A stretch of DNA of 64,000 bases from Sphingomonas sp. (GTDB lineage Bacteria; Pseudomonadota; Alphaproteobacteria; Sphingomonadales; Sphingomonadaceae): the NCBI RefSeq assembly GCF_041661825.1, contig NZ_JBAZTU010000008.1:58584-122583 (forward strand), written 5' to 3'. This document shows, piece after piece, positions 35,801-44,533 of the stretch. Below the pieces are notes generated by a model. The model had not been told where the DNA came from and did not search any database. It saw only the letters and a list, made by a program, of their open reading frames with translations. Made by a program: the position numbers and the translations under genes. Position 1 is the stretch's first letter. Every line of letters starts with the position of its first letter.

Positions 35801-35963
35801 GATCCTCTATTCGATCGACAAGCATTTCAAGATTGGTGTGCAGGGCACGAACCTGCTGAACTCGCGAACTTTCCTTGATGTCGGCGATCCCGATCTCAAG
35901 CCGCGGTACAGCTGGACGGACACCGATAGACGGTTCGCATTCCTTGTGCGTGGCGTTTTCTAG
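32853..35963 (+). CDS. TonB-dependent outer-membrane receptor
   Basis: Start is the internal ATG at 32853, after GGGGAGGGGA. Signal peptide ends ...LPVPALAQT. Plug region is DIVVTGIRASL...IVDSITAQDIGALPDRSVSEALQRIAGITLQR. The C-terminus ends in Phe (...FLVRGVF). Confidence 0.9.
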   Translation: MVFEKIAFGPARSMAAIRRRHLGASSLVIAAMMLPVPALAQTAVADAAGQTGAGGGAGQAPDTQASEQESALSTDTKGDIVVTGIRASLQTAQARKQNAEQIVDSITAQDIGALPDRSVSEALQRIAGITLQRTNENRDPARLSSEGGGVFIRGLSWVRSELNGRDVFSANNGRGLSFEDVSSDLLAGVDVYKNPSAELVEGGIGGIVNLRTRKPFDSTGLVIAASGDYNYADLRKKGFWSGNILASNRWSTPLGEIGVLLSYSIGNVGNRTDSISAGRYDRATLTTAQDGVAAGTNVYIPNGMGFRQIDWEQKRTAFVGSVQWKPSDTLLLTGEALVGQADPHDIEHAVGDYSAPGADNTTFTFGPNRELTSGTITNRQINPDTRFGSQHKKTQDYSLNLRWTPDEHWAFSADVQYVKSTAQVVSMTAFTQTNTLGTFKFDFRGDDPSMTVTPTAGPGASFGTWTNQSSYWWAAAMDHIEDNEAHEWAGRADVEYSFIDNPFLKSFRLGARGTDRTAITRQTGYNWALLSEQYWGATGNPVYLNQTGYAGGPQNPGLPAQSELFTYNNFFRGGVPAIGSSFWFPSNALVSNGTANAYNYLKSTESGGWGWTPLSSDYSQAAPGADNVSGGINNQSEKTKAGYALLRFGSEGGLHFDGNIGVRVVNTDTGATGSAIRVAAPTAGCTVGTPITSGPRAGQTVTQADCNLLASAFAFAGGNIGGLTQAHSGSYTDVLPSLNLRFFLQDNLQLRLAAAKAIIRPTFAQLNPFTTLGFAFDSATGIANGTGVGGRVTAFTGTAGNPDLKPTRSNQFDVSLEWYFSKSNSLTLAAFYKDISNYIFAGVASQTYTSGGQTHTFDVTQQTNGSHGTIKGFELAYTQFFDMLPGPLSGLGFQGNFTYVDSTGGKNTAVNVFDSNQTTNAVRPNLPLEGLSKYSFNVAGIYEKYGISARLAYNWRSGYLLTTSAANINFPVWSEKYGQLDGSILYSIDKHFKIGVQGTNLLNSRTFLDVGDPDLKPRYSWTDTDRRFAFLVRGVF

Positions 35964-35981
35964 CCCCTCCTGTAACCTTGC

Positions 35982-36010
35982 GCCCCCGGAGCGATCCGGG
36001 GGCGTTTTTT
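35982..36010 (+). terminator. Rho-independent terminator
   Basis: Perfect 9-bp stem GCCCCCGGA / TCCGGGGGC with loop GCGA, followed by GTTTTTT. Confidence 0.75.
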
Positions 36011-36047
36011 GGCTATTCTCGCCCTCCTGATTGCGTAGACCGTTTCC

Positions 36048-37559
36048 ATGACTCAGGCGCCCGTCCGCAGGATCGTGATCGCCGGTGGCGGCACCGCGGG
36101 CTGGATGGCGGCCGCGTTGCTCGCGCGCCTGATGCCGCCGCCCTTTGTCGAGATCATACTGGTCGAATCCGACGAGATCGGCACTGTCGGCGTCGGCGAG
36201 GCGACGGTGCCGCTGATCACGCAGTTCAATGGCCTGCTTGGCATCGATGAACCCGACTTCGTCGCCCGGACCAACGGCACCTTCAAGCTGGGTATCGAGT
36301 TTCGCGACTGGGGCGAGGCGGGGAACGTCCATTTCCACGGCTTTGGCGACTATGGCGATGCCATCCAGGGCGTGGCGCCGCATCACCATTGGCTGAAGCT
36401 GCACGAGGCGGGCGAGACGGCGCCGATCGAGGATTGGTCGATGCCCTATGCCGCGGCGCGGCGCGACCGCTTCGCCCCGCCCGAGGCGATGAAGGGCGAA
36501 GCGGCGTTCTTTAAATATGCCTATCATTTCGATGCAGGGCTCTATGCACGCTATCTGCGCGGCTATGCTGAGGCGCGGGGCGTGCGGCGGCGCGAGGGGC
36601 GGATTGCCGATGTCGAGCTCGATCCGGAAAGCGGCAATGTTGCCAGCCTGACGATGCAGGATGGGGGCGAGGTCATCGCCGGGGGCTTCTTTATCGACTG
36701 CAGCGGCTTTGTCGGGCTGCTGATCTCGCGCGCACTCGGGGTTGGTTATGTCGATTGGTCGCATCTGCTGCCGTGCGACCGGGCGGTCGCGGTCGGGTGT
36801 GAACGGCGCGGGCGGATGACCCCCTTCACCCGGTCGACTGCGCGCGCTGCCGGGTGGCAGTGGCGCATCCCGCTGCAGCACCGGATCGGCAACGGGCATG
36901 TCTATGCCAGCGCCTTTATCTCCGACGACGAGGCGGTGGCGACCTTGCTCGACAATCTCGATGGCGCGCCGCTCGGCGAGCCGCGGCTGCTGCGCTTCAC
37001 CACGGGGCATCGCGAGAAGTTCTGGCACCGCAACGTGGTCGCGATCGGGCTTGCCGCGGGGTTCATGGAGCCGCTCGAATCCTCGAGCATCCAGCTGATC
37101 CAGACCGGGCTTGCGCGGCTCGTGGAGATGCTGCCGGATATGACCTTCGATCCGGTGCTGATCGACGAGTATAACCGCGTCACCACGAACGAGTATGAGC
37201 GCATCCGCGATTTCCTGATCCTGCATTATTGCCGCAGCCGCCGGCCCGAGGCGATGTGGGCGCAGTGCCGCGCGGCGGAGATCCCGGAGCCGCTCGCGCG
37301 CAAGATCGCGGTGTGGGAAGCGGGCGGGCGGGTGCCGCTTTATAGCGAGGAATCCTATCAGGAGCCGAGCTGGGTTTCGATCTTCCTCGGCAATGGGATA
37401 CTGCCGCGGCGCTATGACCCGATCGTCGACCAGTTGCCGATCGAGCATCTGCGCGGCGGGATGGCGCAGCGGCGCGGCGCCATCGCGCGGGCGGCGGAGA
37501 CGATGCCGGATCACGCGACCTTCCTTGCCCGGTGCTGCCCGGCGCCGCTGGCCGCATGA
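36048..37559 (+). CDS. Flavin-dependent tryptophan-halogenase-family protein (copy 1)
   Basis: Contains RIVIAGGGTAGWMAA, ESDEIGTVGVGEAT and GWQWRIPLQHRIGNGHVY. Confidence 0.85.
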   Translation: MTQAPVRRIVIAGGGTAGWMAAALLARLMPPPFVEIILVESDEIGTVGVGEATVPLITQFNGLLGIDEPDFVARTNGTFKLGIEFRDWGEAGNVHFHGFGDYGDAIQGVAPHHHWLKLHEAGETAPIEDWSMPYAAARRDRFAPPEAMKGEAAFFKYAYHFDAGLYARYLRGYAEARGVRRREGRIADVELDPESGNVASLTMQDGGEVIAGGFFIDCSGFVGLLISRALGVGYVDWSHLLPCDRAVAVGCERRGRMTPFTRSTARAAGWQWRIPLQHRIGNGHVYASAFISDDEAVATLLDNLDGAPLGEPRLLRFTTGHREKFWHRNVVAIGLAAGFMEPLESSSIQLIQTGLARLVEMLPDMTFDPVLIDEYNRVTTNEYERIRDFLILHYCRSRRPEAMWAQCRAAEIPEPLARKIAVWEAGGRVPLYSEESYQEPSWVSIFLGNGILPRRYDPIVDQLPIEHLRGGMAQRRGAIARAAETMPDHATFLARCCPAPLAA

Positions 37560-39061
37560 CCGAAAGCAACGCCATTCGCTCGATCGTCGTCGCGGGCGGG
37601 GGCAGTGCGGGCTGGATGGCGGCGGCGGCGCTCTCGGCCGCGCTGGTCGGGACTGGATGCCGCATCACCGTGGTTGAGTCCGAGGAGATCGGCACCGTGG
37701 GCGTGGGCGAGGCGACGATCCCGCCGATCCAGGCGTTCAACCGCATCCTCGGCATCGACGAGGCGGCGTTTGTCCGGGCGACGCAGGGGACATTCAAACT
37801 CGGGATCGAGTTCGCTGACTGGCTGCGGCCGGGACATCGCTATTTCCACCCGTTCGGGCGCTATGGCGACGATTTCGGGATGACGCCGTTCCACCAGCAA
37901 TGGCTTCGCGCGAGCGCGCAGGGGGACACGACGCCGCTCTCGGCCTATTCTTTGACTGAGGCGGCGGCCTATCTCAACCGCTTCGACCGGCCGCCCGACG
38001 ATCCGCGCTCGGTCTTCTCGACCTTCTCCTATGCCTATCACTTCGACGCCGGGCTCTATGCTGCGTTCCTGCGAGCCTATGCCGAGGCGCGGGGGGTGAC
38101 GCGGGTCGAGGGCAAGATCGCCGAGGTGGCGCTGAAGCCGGAGAACGGGTTCGTCGAGGCGCTGGTGCTCGAGGATGGGCGGCGGCTCGAGGCGGAGCTG
38201 TTCGTCGATTGCACCGGCTTTCGCGCGCTGCTGATAGGCGGGGCACTGGGGGTCGGCTATGACGACTGGAGCCAATGGCTGCCGTGCGACCGGGCGATTG
38301 CAGTACCGAGCGCGCGCATGCCCGAGCTGCCGCCCTATACACGGTCGACCGCGCGGCCGGCGGGGTGGCAATGGCGCATCCCGCTGCAGCATCGCACCGG
38401 CAACGGCCATGTCTATTGCAGCCGTCATATGGACGATGACGAGGCCGAGCGCATCCTGCTCGCCAGCCTCGACACACCCGCGACCGGCGATCCGCGGCGG
38501 CTGCGCTTCACCACCGGGCAGCGCAAGGTCGCCTGGGAGCGCAATGTCGTCACGCTCGGGCTCGCCTCGGGGTTCCTCGAGCCGCTCGAATCGACCAGCC
38601 TTCACCTCGTCCAGAGCGGCATCACCAAATTGCTCGCCTGGTTCCCCGACCGCGATTTCGATCCGCGACTCAGGGCGGAGTATAATCGCCTGGTTGCGCG
38701 AGAATTTGAATCAGTGCGCGATTTCCTGGTGCTGCATTACCAGGCGACCGAGCGCGAGGGCCCCTTCTGGCAAGCATGCCGCACCATGGACGTGCCCGAC
38801 ACGCTCGCTGCCAAGATCGAGATGTTCCGCCATAGCGGCCGGCTGATCGAGCGCGACAAGGACCTGTTCCACGAAGCGAGTTGGCTTGCCGTGTTGCTCG
38901 GCCAAGGGATCAGCCCCGAACGCTATGACACGCTGGCCGAGGTCGTGCCGCTGAACGAGGCGCGCGCGGTGCTGGGCGGCATGCGCAAGGTGATCGCGAC
39001 CACGGCGGCGGGCATGCCGGGGCATGCGCAGTTCATCGACCGCCATTGCCGCGCCGGATGA
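37556..39061 (+). CDS. Flavin-dependent tryptophan-halogenase-family protein (copy 2)
   Basis: ATGA-coupled start at 37556. Contains IVVAGGGSAGWMAA, ESEEIGTVGVGEAT and GWQWRIPLQHRTGNGHVY. Confidence 0.85.
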   Translation: MTESNAIRSIVVAGGGSAGWMAAAALSAALVGTGCRITVVESEEIGTVGVGEATIPPIQAFNRILGIDEAAFVRATQGTFKLGIEFADWLRPGHRYFHPFGRYGDDFGMTPFHQQWLRASAQGDTTPLSAYSLTEAAAYLNRFDRPPDDPRSVFSTFSYAYHFDAGLYAAFLRAYAEARGVTRVEGKIAEVALKPENGFVEALVLEDGRRLEAELFVDCTGFRALLIGGALGVGYDDWSQWLPCDRAIAVPSARMPELPPYTRSTARPAGWQWRIPLQHRTGNGHVYCSRHMDDDEAERILLASLDTPATGDPRRLRFTTGQRKVAWERNVVTLGLASGFLEPLESTSLHLVQSGITKLLAWFPDRDFDPRLRAEYNRLVAREFESVRDFLVLHYQATEREGPFWQACRTMDVPDTLAAKIEMFRHSGRLIERDKDLFHEASWLAVLLGQGISPERYDTLAEVVPLNEARAVLGGMRKVIATTAAGMPGHAQFIDRHCRAG

Positions 39062-39071
39062 GGAGAGAGAC

Positions 39072-39740
39072 ATGAGACAGGCTGGATGGGCGATCGCCGT
39101 GGCGCTGGGGTGCGCCGCGCCGGTGATGGCGCAGGACGCCGCCCCCGCGGTGGTGACCGGGGACGCGACCGCCGGGCTCGTATCGAAGCAGGCGATCGGC
39201 GAAGTGCATGTGGTGGCCGATCCCGCGCTGGCGAACGGGCGGCTGGTGCTGCGCATCGTCGTGCTGAACCGCGGCAAGGCGCCGGTCGAGTTCGGGCCAG
39301 CCAGCGTCTCGGTCGCGTCGCGCGACGGTGTGGCGGTGCCGCTGGTGCCGCGCAACGCGCTGCTGGACGAGCAGGGCGGGGTGGCACCGGGCACCGTAAC
39401 TGAGGATACCAGCCAGAGCCATGCCGGTGCCGCGATGCTGGTCACACCCAATGGGCAGACCGATGTGTCGGGCTTCACCGGCGGTTCGGGCACGACCTAT
39501 GGCGGCGTGCCGCAAAGCACGATGGACCGGTCGCAACGACGGACCGACCCGAAGACCGCAGCGGCGGTCGCGGCGCTCGACGCGGTGCTGCTCAAGCCGA
39601 TGACCCTGAAGCCGGGCGCGGCGGATGGCGGGCAGGTTGTCACGACCAGGCTGAAGCGGGGCAAGATCGTATCGCTGATCGTCAGCATCGCCTTCGCCGG
39701 CGAGACCCACCGCTTCGATGTCGCGGTGCCGAAGCGCTGA
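39072..39740 (+). CDS. Exported hypothetical protein (222 aa)
   Basis: AGGAGAG SD followed by ATG 39072. Signal peptide is MRQAGWAIAVALGCAAPVMAQD. Confidence 0.5.
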   Translation: MRQAGWAIAVALGCAAPVMAQDAAPAVVTGDATAGLVSKQAIGEVHVVADPALANGRLVLRIVVLNRGKAPVEFGPASVSVASRDGVAVPLVPRNALLDEQGGVAPGTVTEDTSQSHAGAAMLVTPNGQTDVSGFTGGSGTTYGGVPQSTMDRSQRRTDPKTAAAVAALDAVLLKPMTLKPGAADGGQVVTTRLKRGKIVSLIVSIAFAGETHRFDVAVPKR

Positions 39741-39750
39741 GCGACCCCGC

Positions 39751-40617
39751 ATGACGAAACGGTTGCCGCCCGACCATCGACGGTCCTATCTGATCGTATC
39801 CCCCGATCGAGCAGTGAGGCGCGGCGTGTCATCAGACGAGACGAACATCGACGACGACGACCGCCGCTACAAGGCGCCCGCGCTGGAGAAGGGGCTCGAC
39901 ATCCTCGAGCTGCTGGCGACGGCGCGCGGACCGATGACCCTGACCGCGATCGTCAACGAGCTGGGGCGCTCGCATGGCGAGCTGTTCCGCATGGTCCAGG
40001 TGCTCGAGTTTCGCGGCTATATCGAGCAGGATACCGCGGCCGAGGGGTATCTGCTGACGGACCGGCTCTTCTCGCTGGGGATGCAGCAGCCGCGGATGTA
40101 CAGTCTGGTCGAGCTCGCGCTGCCGGTGATGCGCCAGCTGTCGCTCGATCTCGGCCAGTCGTGCCACCTCGCGGTGCATACCCTGGGCGAGATGGTGGTG
40201 GTGGCGCGGATGGAGTCGAGCGAGCAGCTCGGCTTCTCGGTGCGCGTCGGATACCGGCGGCCACTGCACCAGGCGGCGTCGGGCGCGGTGCTCTATGCCT
40301 TCCAACCCGAGGACGTGCGCCGGCGCTGGGAGAAGCTGCTGAGTCCGCCGCTGGGCGCCGAGGAGCTGGCGAGCTTTCGCGCGCATGCCGATGAAGTGCG
40401 CAAGCGGCGCGTCGAGCTGACGCCGAGCAAGTTCGTCGCGGGCGTGACCGACATTTCCGCGCCGGTGATGCGCGGCGGGGTGGCCGCGGCGGCGCTGACC
40501 GTGCCGTTCCTGAAGAAGCTCGGGCCGCATTTGCCAAGGGCCGATGCCGGGGCGTTTGTGCGGGCGGCCGCCGACCGGATTTCGGATCAGCTGGTCGAGG
40601 GTGATAGCCGGATCTGA
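39751..40617 (+). CDS. IclR-family transcription regulator
   Basis: Contains APALEKGLDILELLATARGPMTLTAIVNELGRSHGELFRMVQVLEFRGYIEQ plus an effector domain. The start is uncertain, between 39718 and about 39830. Confidence 0.8.
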   Translation: MTKRLPPDHRRSYLIVSPDRAVRRGVSSDETNIDDDDRRYKAPALEKGLDILELLATARGPMTLTAIVNELGRSHGELFRMVQVLEFRGYIEQDTAAEGYLLTDRLFSLGMQQPRMYSLVELALPVMRQLSLDLGQSCHLAVHTLGEMVVVARMESSEQLGFSVRVGYRRPLHQAASGAVLYAFQPEDVRRRWEKLLSPPLGAEELASFRAHADEVRKRRVELTPSKFVAGVTDISAPVMRGGVAAAALTVPFLKKLGPHLPRADAGAFVRAAADRISDQLVEGDSRI

Positions 40618-40667
40618 TTTTGGGCCGGTCTGGCCGGCGCTGACGCTAGCCACATCCACTATCGTCA

Positions 40668-40746
40668 CCCCGGACCTGTTCCGGGGTCCACCGTGCCGCA
40701 CATTCCGCGGCGTGGGGCGGCACGGTGATGCCGGAATAGGTCCGGC
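40668..40746. repeat. Composite REP-like element made of three consecutive GC hairpins
   Basis: Hairpin 1 is CCCCGGA-cctgt-TCCGGGG. Hairpin 2 is CACCGTGCCGC-N17-GCGGCACGGTG. Hairpin 3 is GCCGGA-atagg-TCCGGC. The element is intergenic between iclR and fucD. Confidence 0.6.
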
Positions 40747-40965
40747 ATGACGGGTGGGGGTGTCGGCCCTCTCCAATCGACGCATTCCCACATCCCAAAA
40801 CGCCGCTCTCGCCACTGCGCGCTTGCGCTCCCAGCTATTCCCACCTATGAAAATGCTCATCACCCGCGAACGAAATGGCGGGTTGGACAGGGGCGGGTAC
40901 GCAGTGCCGGGGAGGGGTCGAGTGAGGTGCTGTAGTGACCGCCGTCCCGCGTATCGGGCCCGCGC

Positions 40966-42264
40966 ATGACAACCATTACCGGCGTGCGGATCGTCGACCT
41001 GCGCTTTCCCACCGCGCTGATGCTCGACGGGTCGGACGCGATGAATCCCGACCCCGATTATTCGGCCGCTTACTGCATCCTCGACACCGACGAGCCGGGG
41101 CTGGCGGGGCATGGGCTGACCTTCACCATCGGGCGCGGCAACGAGATTTGCTGCGCGGCGATCAAGGCGCTGGCGCCGCTCGTGGTCGGGCTCGACCTCG
41201 ACTGGATCCGCGAGGATGGCGCGCGCTTCTGGCGGCATGTGACGAGCGACAGCCAGTTGCGCTGGATCGGGCCGGAAAAGGGCGTGATCCATCTCGCGAC
41301 CGGCGCGATCGTCAATGCGGTGTGGGACCTGCTCGCCAAACAATCGGGCAAGCCGTTGTGGCAGTTGATAAGCGATATGAGCCCGGCCGAGATCGTCGGG
41401 CTGATCGACTTCCGCTATATCTCGGACTTCATCACGCCTGAGGAAGCGGTAGCGCTGCTCGAGGAACGGTCGGCCGGCAAGGCGGCGCGGGTGGAGACGC
41501 TGAAGGCACGGGGCTACCCCTGCTACACCACCTCGGCGGGGTGGCTCGGCTATTCGGACGAGAAGCTGCGACGGCTCTGCGCCAAGGCGGTGAGCGACGG
41601 CTTCGGCCATATCAAGCTGAAGGTCGGCGCCAACCCCGAGGACGATCGCCGCCGCGTGACGATCGCGCGCGAGGTGATCGGCCCCGACGTCAAGCTGATG
41701 ATCGACGCCAACCAGATCTGGGACGTCGACGAGGCGATCGAGCAAGTCAACGCGCTGGCCTTTGCGGACCCCTGGTTCATCGAGGAGCCGACCAGCCCGG
41801 ACGATATCGAGGGGCACCGCCGCATCCGCGAGGCCATCGCGCCGATCGAGGTGGCGAGCGGCGAGATGTGCCAGAACCGGGTGATGTTCAAACAGTTCAT
41901 CAGCCGCGGCGCGATCGACGTGGTGCAGATCGACGCGTGCCGGCTGGGCGGGGTGAACGAAGTGCTCGCGGTGCTGCTGATGGCGGCGAAGCAAGGCCTG
42001 GCGGTCTGCCCGCATGCCGGCGGCGTGGGGCTGTGCGAATATGTCCAGCATCTGTCGATGATCGACTATCTCTGCTTTTCCGGCACCACCGAAGGGCGGG
42101 TGGCGGAATATGTCGATCATCTTCACGAGCATTTCGTGACGCCCTGCGTGGTGAAGGGCGCGGCGTATATGCCGCCGACCGCGCCGGGATTTTCGATCGA
42201 GATGAAGCCGGCGACCCTGGCCGGCTTCGCGTTCAGGCCGGTCGGCACCGCTTCCGCGGCATGA
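40966..42264 (+). CDS. fucD: L-fuconate dehydratase (enolase superfamily, MR subgroup)
   Basis: N-terminus is MTTITGVRIVDLRFPTALMLDGSDAMNPDPDYSAAYCILDTD...GHGLTFTIGRGNEI. Metal and catalytic region is KLKVG...IDANQIWDV...EEPTSPDD...HAGGVGLCE. Confidence 0.88.
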   Translation: MTTITGVRIVDLRFPTALMLDGSDAMNPDPDYSAAYCILDTDEPGLAGHGLTFTIGRGNEICCAAIKALAPLVVGLDLDWIREDGARFWRHVTSDSQLRWIGPEKGVIHLATGAIVNAVWDLLAKQSGKPLWQLISDMSPAEIVGLIDFRYISDFITPEEAVALLEERSAGKAARVETLKARGYPCYTTSAGWLGYSDEKLRRLCAKAVSDGFGHIKLKVGANPEDDRRRVTIAREVIGPDVKLMIDANQIWDVDEAIEQVNALAFADPWFIEEPTSPDDIEGHRRIREAIAPIEVASGEMCQNRVMFKQFISRGAIDVVQIDACRLGGVNEVLAVLLMAAKQGLAVCPHAGGVGLCEYVQHLSMIDYLCFSGTTEGRVAEYVDHLHEHFVTPCVVKGAAYMPPTAPGFSIEMKPATLAGFAFRPVGTASAA

Positions 42265-44522
42265 CCCGGGCTGGCGCCGTCCGGCGGATGCTGGCCGTGC
42301 TGGTTGCCGGGCTGTTGTCCGGCACCGCGACGGCGCAGCAGCAGGACGGCAGCGCTGCCGCGTACGAATGGCGCAACGTGAAGGTCGGCGGCGGCGGCTT
42401 CGCGCCCGGCATTGTGTTCAGTCCGGCCGAGCGGGGCCTTGCCTATCTGCGCACCGACATGGGCGGCGCCTATCGCTGGGACGAGGCGGCCGCCCGTTGG
42501 GTGCCGCTGCAGGACGGCATGACGGAGAGCAGCTATATGGGCGTCGAGAGCATCGCGCCCGATCCGGTCGATCCGGCAATCGTCTATCTCGCCGCAGGGA
42601 TGGATGCCGGGTCGCCGGCCGCGATCCTGCGCTCGGCCGATCGCGGGTGGCACTGGACGATCGTGCCGGTGCTGTTCCGGATGGGCGGCAACGAGGATGG
42701 CCGGGGCCTGGGCGAGAGGCTGACGATCGACCCCAACCGGACCTCGACCCTGTTCTTCGGATCGCGCCATGACGGGCTGTGGCGCAGCGACGATTCGGGC
42801 GGGCATTGGGCGAAGGTCGCCGGTTTTCCGATGCCGGGGCTTGGCGCCCCCGCGCCGAAGCGTACGCATGGCGGGGTGAGCTTCGTGCTGGTCGATCCGT
42901 CGAGCGGCGTGGCGGGACAGGGCACAGCGGGACGGGGATCGCGCATCCTCTATGCCGGGGTGGCCGATCCCGGCGCGCAGCATCTGTTCCGCTCGACCGA
43001 TGGCGGCGTCACCTGGCAGGCGGACGAGGGCGCGGCGGCGCGGTTGCTGCCGGCCAAGGCGGCGATCGATGCGCGCGGCACCCTGTTCGTCACCTATGAC
43101 GACGCGATCGGCCCGAACGGCATCACCGATGGCGCCTTGTGGCGGCGCGACGGGGCGACCGGGCGGTGGAGCGACGTGTCGCCGCCCGACCGGACCAGCG
43201 GCGGTTTCATGGGGATCGGCATCGCCAAATCGGCGCCCGGCACGATCGCGGTGAGCAGCATCGATCGCTGGAACCCGGGCGACACCGTCTGGCGATCGAC
43301 CGACGATGGCGCGCATTGGAGCAACCTGCGCGACCGCAGCACGCGCGACATCAGCGCGACGCCGTTCCTGCTGCACGAAGGCAAGGGCGCCGATTTCGGC
43401 CATTGGATCGCCGGGCTGGCGATCGACCCGTTCGATGCCGCGCATGCCGCCTATACGACCGGGGCGACACTCTATGCGACCAAGGGCTTCGGTGCGGAGG
43501 GGGCGCTGCGCTGGGCGCCCTGGACCGAGGGGATCGAGCAGACCGCGATCATCACCCTGGCGAGCCCGACCGGCGGCGCGAACCTCATCTCGGGCCTTGG
43601 CGACCTGGCCGGCTTCGTCCATGCGGACCTCAGCAAATCGCCGCAGCCGAGCTTCACTGACCCCTATCTCTCCAACACCAACAATCTCGATTATGCCGGG
43701 CAGGCGCCGTCGATCCTGGTGCGCAGCGGTAGCCTCTATTCGGATCATCCGCGCGACGCGACGCTCGGCTGGTCGGGCGATGGCGGGATGAGCTGGCAGC
43801 CGGTTCGTACCCCCGCGATCCGCCCGGCCGACGACAAGCCCGGGCAGCGGTACGACCTGACCGGCGATGCCGCGATCATCGTCTCGGCGGACGGCGCGAC
43901 CTTCATCGTCTGCACGCCCGTCCCGCTCGTCACGCGCGACCGCGGCAGGAGCTGGGGGCTGGCACAGGGGCTGCACCTCCATGCGCGGCCGGTCGCCGAC
44001 AAGGTCGATGCGCAGCGTTTCTATTCAGTCGATTTCGATGCCAACCGGCTGCTCGCCAGCAATGACGGCGCGCGGAGCTTCGTGGCCGTGGCGGGCAAGG
44101 GGCTGCCCGCCGAGCTCTGGCCGGGCAAGACCTATTGGCGCGAGCAGCAATATCGCCTGGTCGCCAGCCCCTATGGCGCGGGCGACCTGTGGTTCCATAT
44201 CGGCGAGGCGCTGTGGCACAGCGACGATGGCGGGCGATCGTTCGACCAGGCGAGCGGCCGGCTGAAGGTCGAGCTGTTCGGGCTGGGCAAGCCGGCGCCC
44301 GGCGGCAAGATCGCGACGATCTATGCGATCGGCACGCTGGGCAAGCTGCGCGGCGTCTATCGCTCGCTCGACGGCGGCAAGGGCTGGGCACGGATCAACG
44401 ACGACGCGCACCAATGGGGGCTGCGTTTCCGGGTGATCGGCGGCGACCCGCGTATCTTCGGCCGGGTCTATGTCGGGACCGATGGGCGCGGCGTGATGTA
44501 TGGGGATCCGGTGGGGCAGTAG
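42261..44522 (+). CDS. Exported GH74-like xyloglucanase with multiple BNR/Asp-box repeats
   Basis: ATGA-coupled ATG at 42261. Contains YEWRNVKVGGGGFAPGIVFSP...LAYLRTDMGGAYRWD. Asp-boxes include SADRGWHW, SDDSGGHW, STDGGVTW, STDDGAHW, SGDGGMSW, SDDGGRSF and SLDGGKGW. Confidence 0.8.
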   Translation: MTRAGAVRRMLAVLVAGLLSGTATAQQQDGSAAAYEWRNVKVGGGGFAPGIVFSPAERGLAYLRTDMGGAYRWDEAAARWVPLQDGMTESSYMGVESIAPDPVDPAIVYLAAGMDAGSPAAILRSADRGWHWTIVPVLFRMGGNEDGRGLGERLTIDPNRTSTLFFGSRHDGLWRSDDSGGHWAKVAGFPMPGLGAPAPKRTHGGVSFVLVDPSSGVAGQGTAGRGSRILYAGVADPGAQHLFRSTDGGVTWQADEGAAARLLPAKAAIDARGTLFVTYDDAIGPNGITDGALWRRDGATGRWSDVSPPDRTSGGFMGIGIAKSAPGTIAVSSIDRWNPGDTVWRSTDDGAHWSNLRDRSTRDISATPFLLHEGKGADFGHWIAGLAIDPFDAAHAAYTTGATLYATKGFGAEGALRWAPWTEGIEQTAIITLASPTGGANLISGLGDLAGFVHADLSKSPQPSFTDPYLSNTNNLDYAGQAPSILVRSGSLYSDHPRDATLGWSGDGGMSWQPVRTPAIRPADDKPGQRYDLTGDAAIIVSADGATFIVCTPVPLVTRDRGRSWGLAQGLHLHARPVADKVDAQRFYSVDFDANRLLASNDGARSFVAVAGKGLPAELWPGKTYWREQQYRLVASPYGAGDLWFHIGEALWHSDDGGRSFDQASGRLKVELFGLGKPAPGGKIATIYAIGTLGKLRGVYRSLDGGKGWARINDDAHQWGLRFRVIGGDPRIFGRVYVGTDGRGVMYGDPVGQ

Positions 44523-44533
44523 GAGGAGACGGC

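Noticed and set aside
32655-37514. Giant 1619-aa reverse-strand ORF
   Set aside because: It runs antisense to a well-supported TonB receptor and a halogenase-family gene. Its Arg/Pro/Gly/Ala-rich low-complexity composition is typical of out-of-frame reading in high-GC DNA, and it has no recognisable motif.
41541-42260. N-terminal 240 codons of ORF 41541..44522, and likewise 44135..44533 of ORF 44135..46159
   Set aside because: These extensions overlap the 3' ends of fucD and the GH74 gene in another frame and are Arg-rich. The real starts (ATG 42261 in an ATGA overlap, and ATG 44534 after AGGAGGAG) are followed at once by signal peptides.
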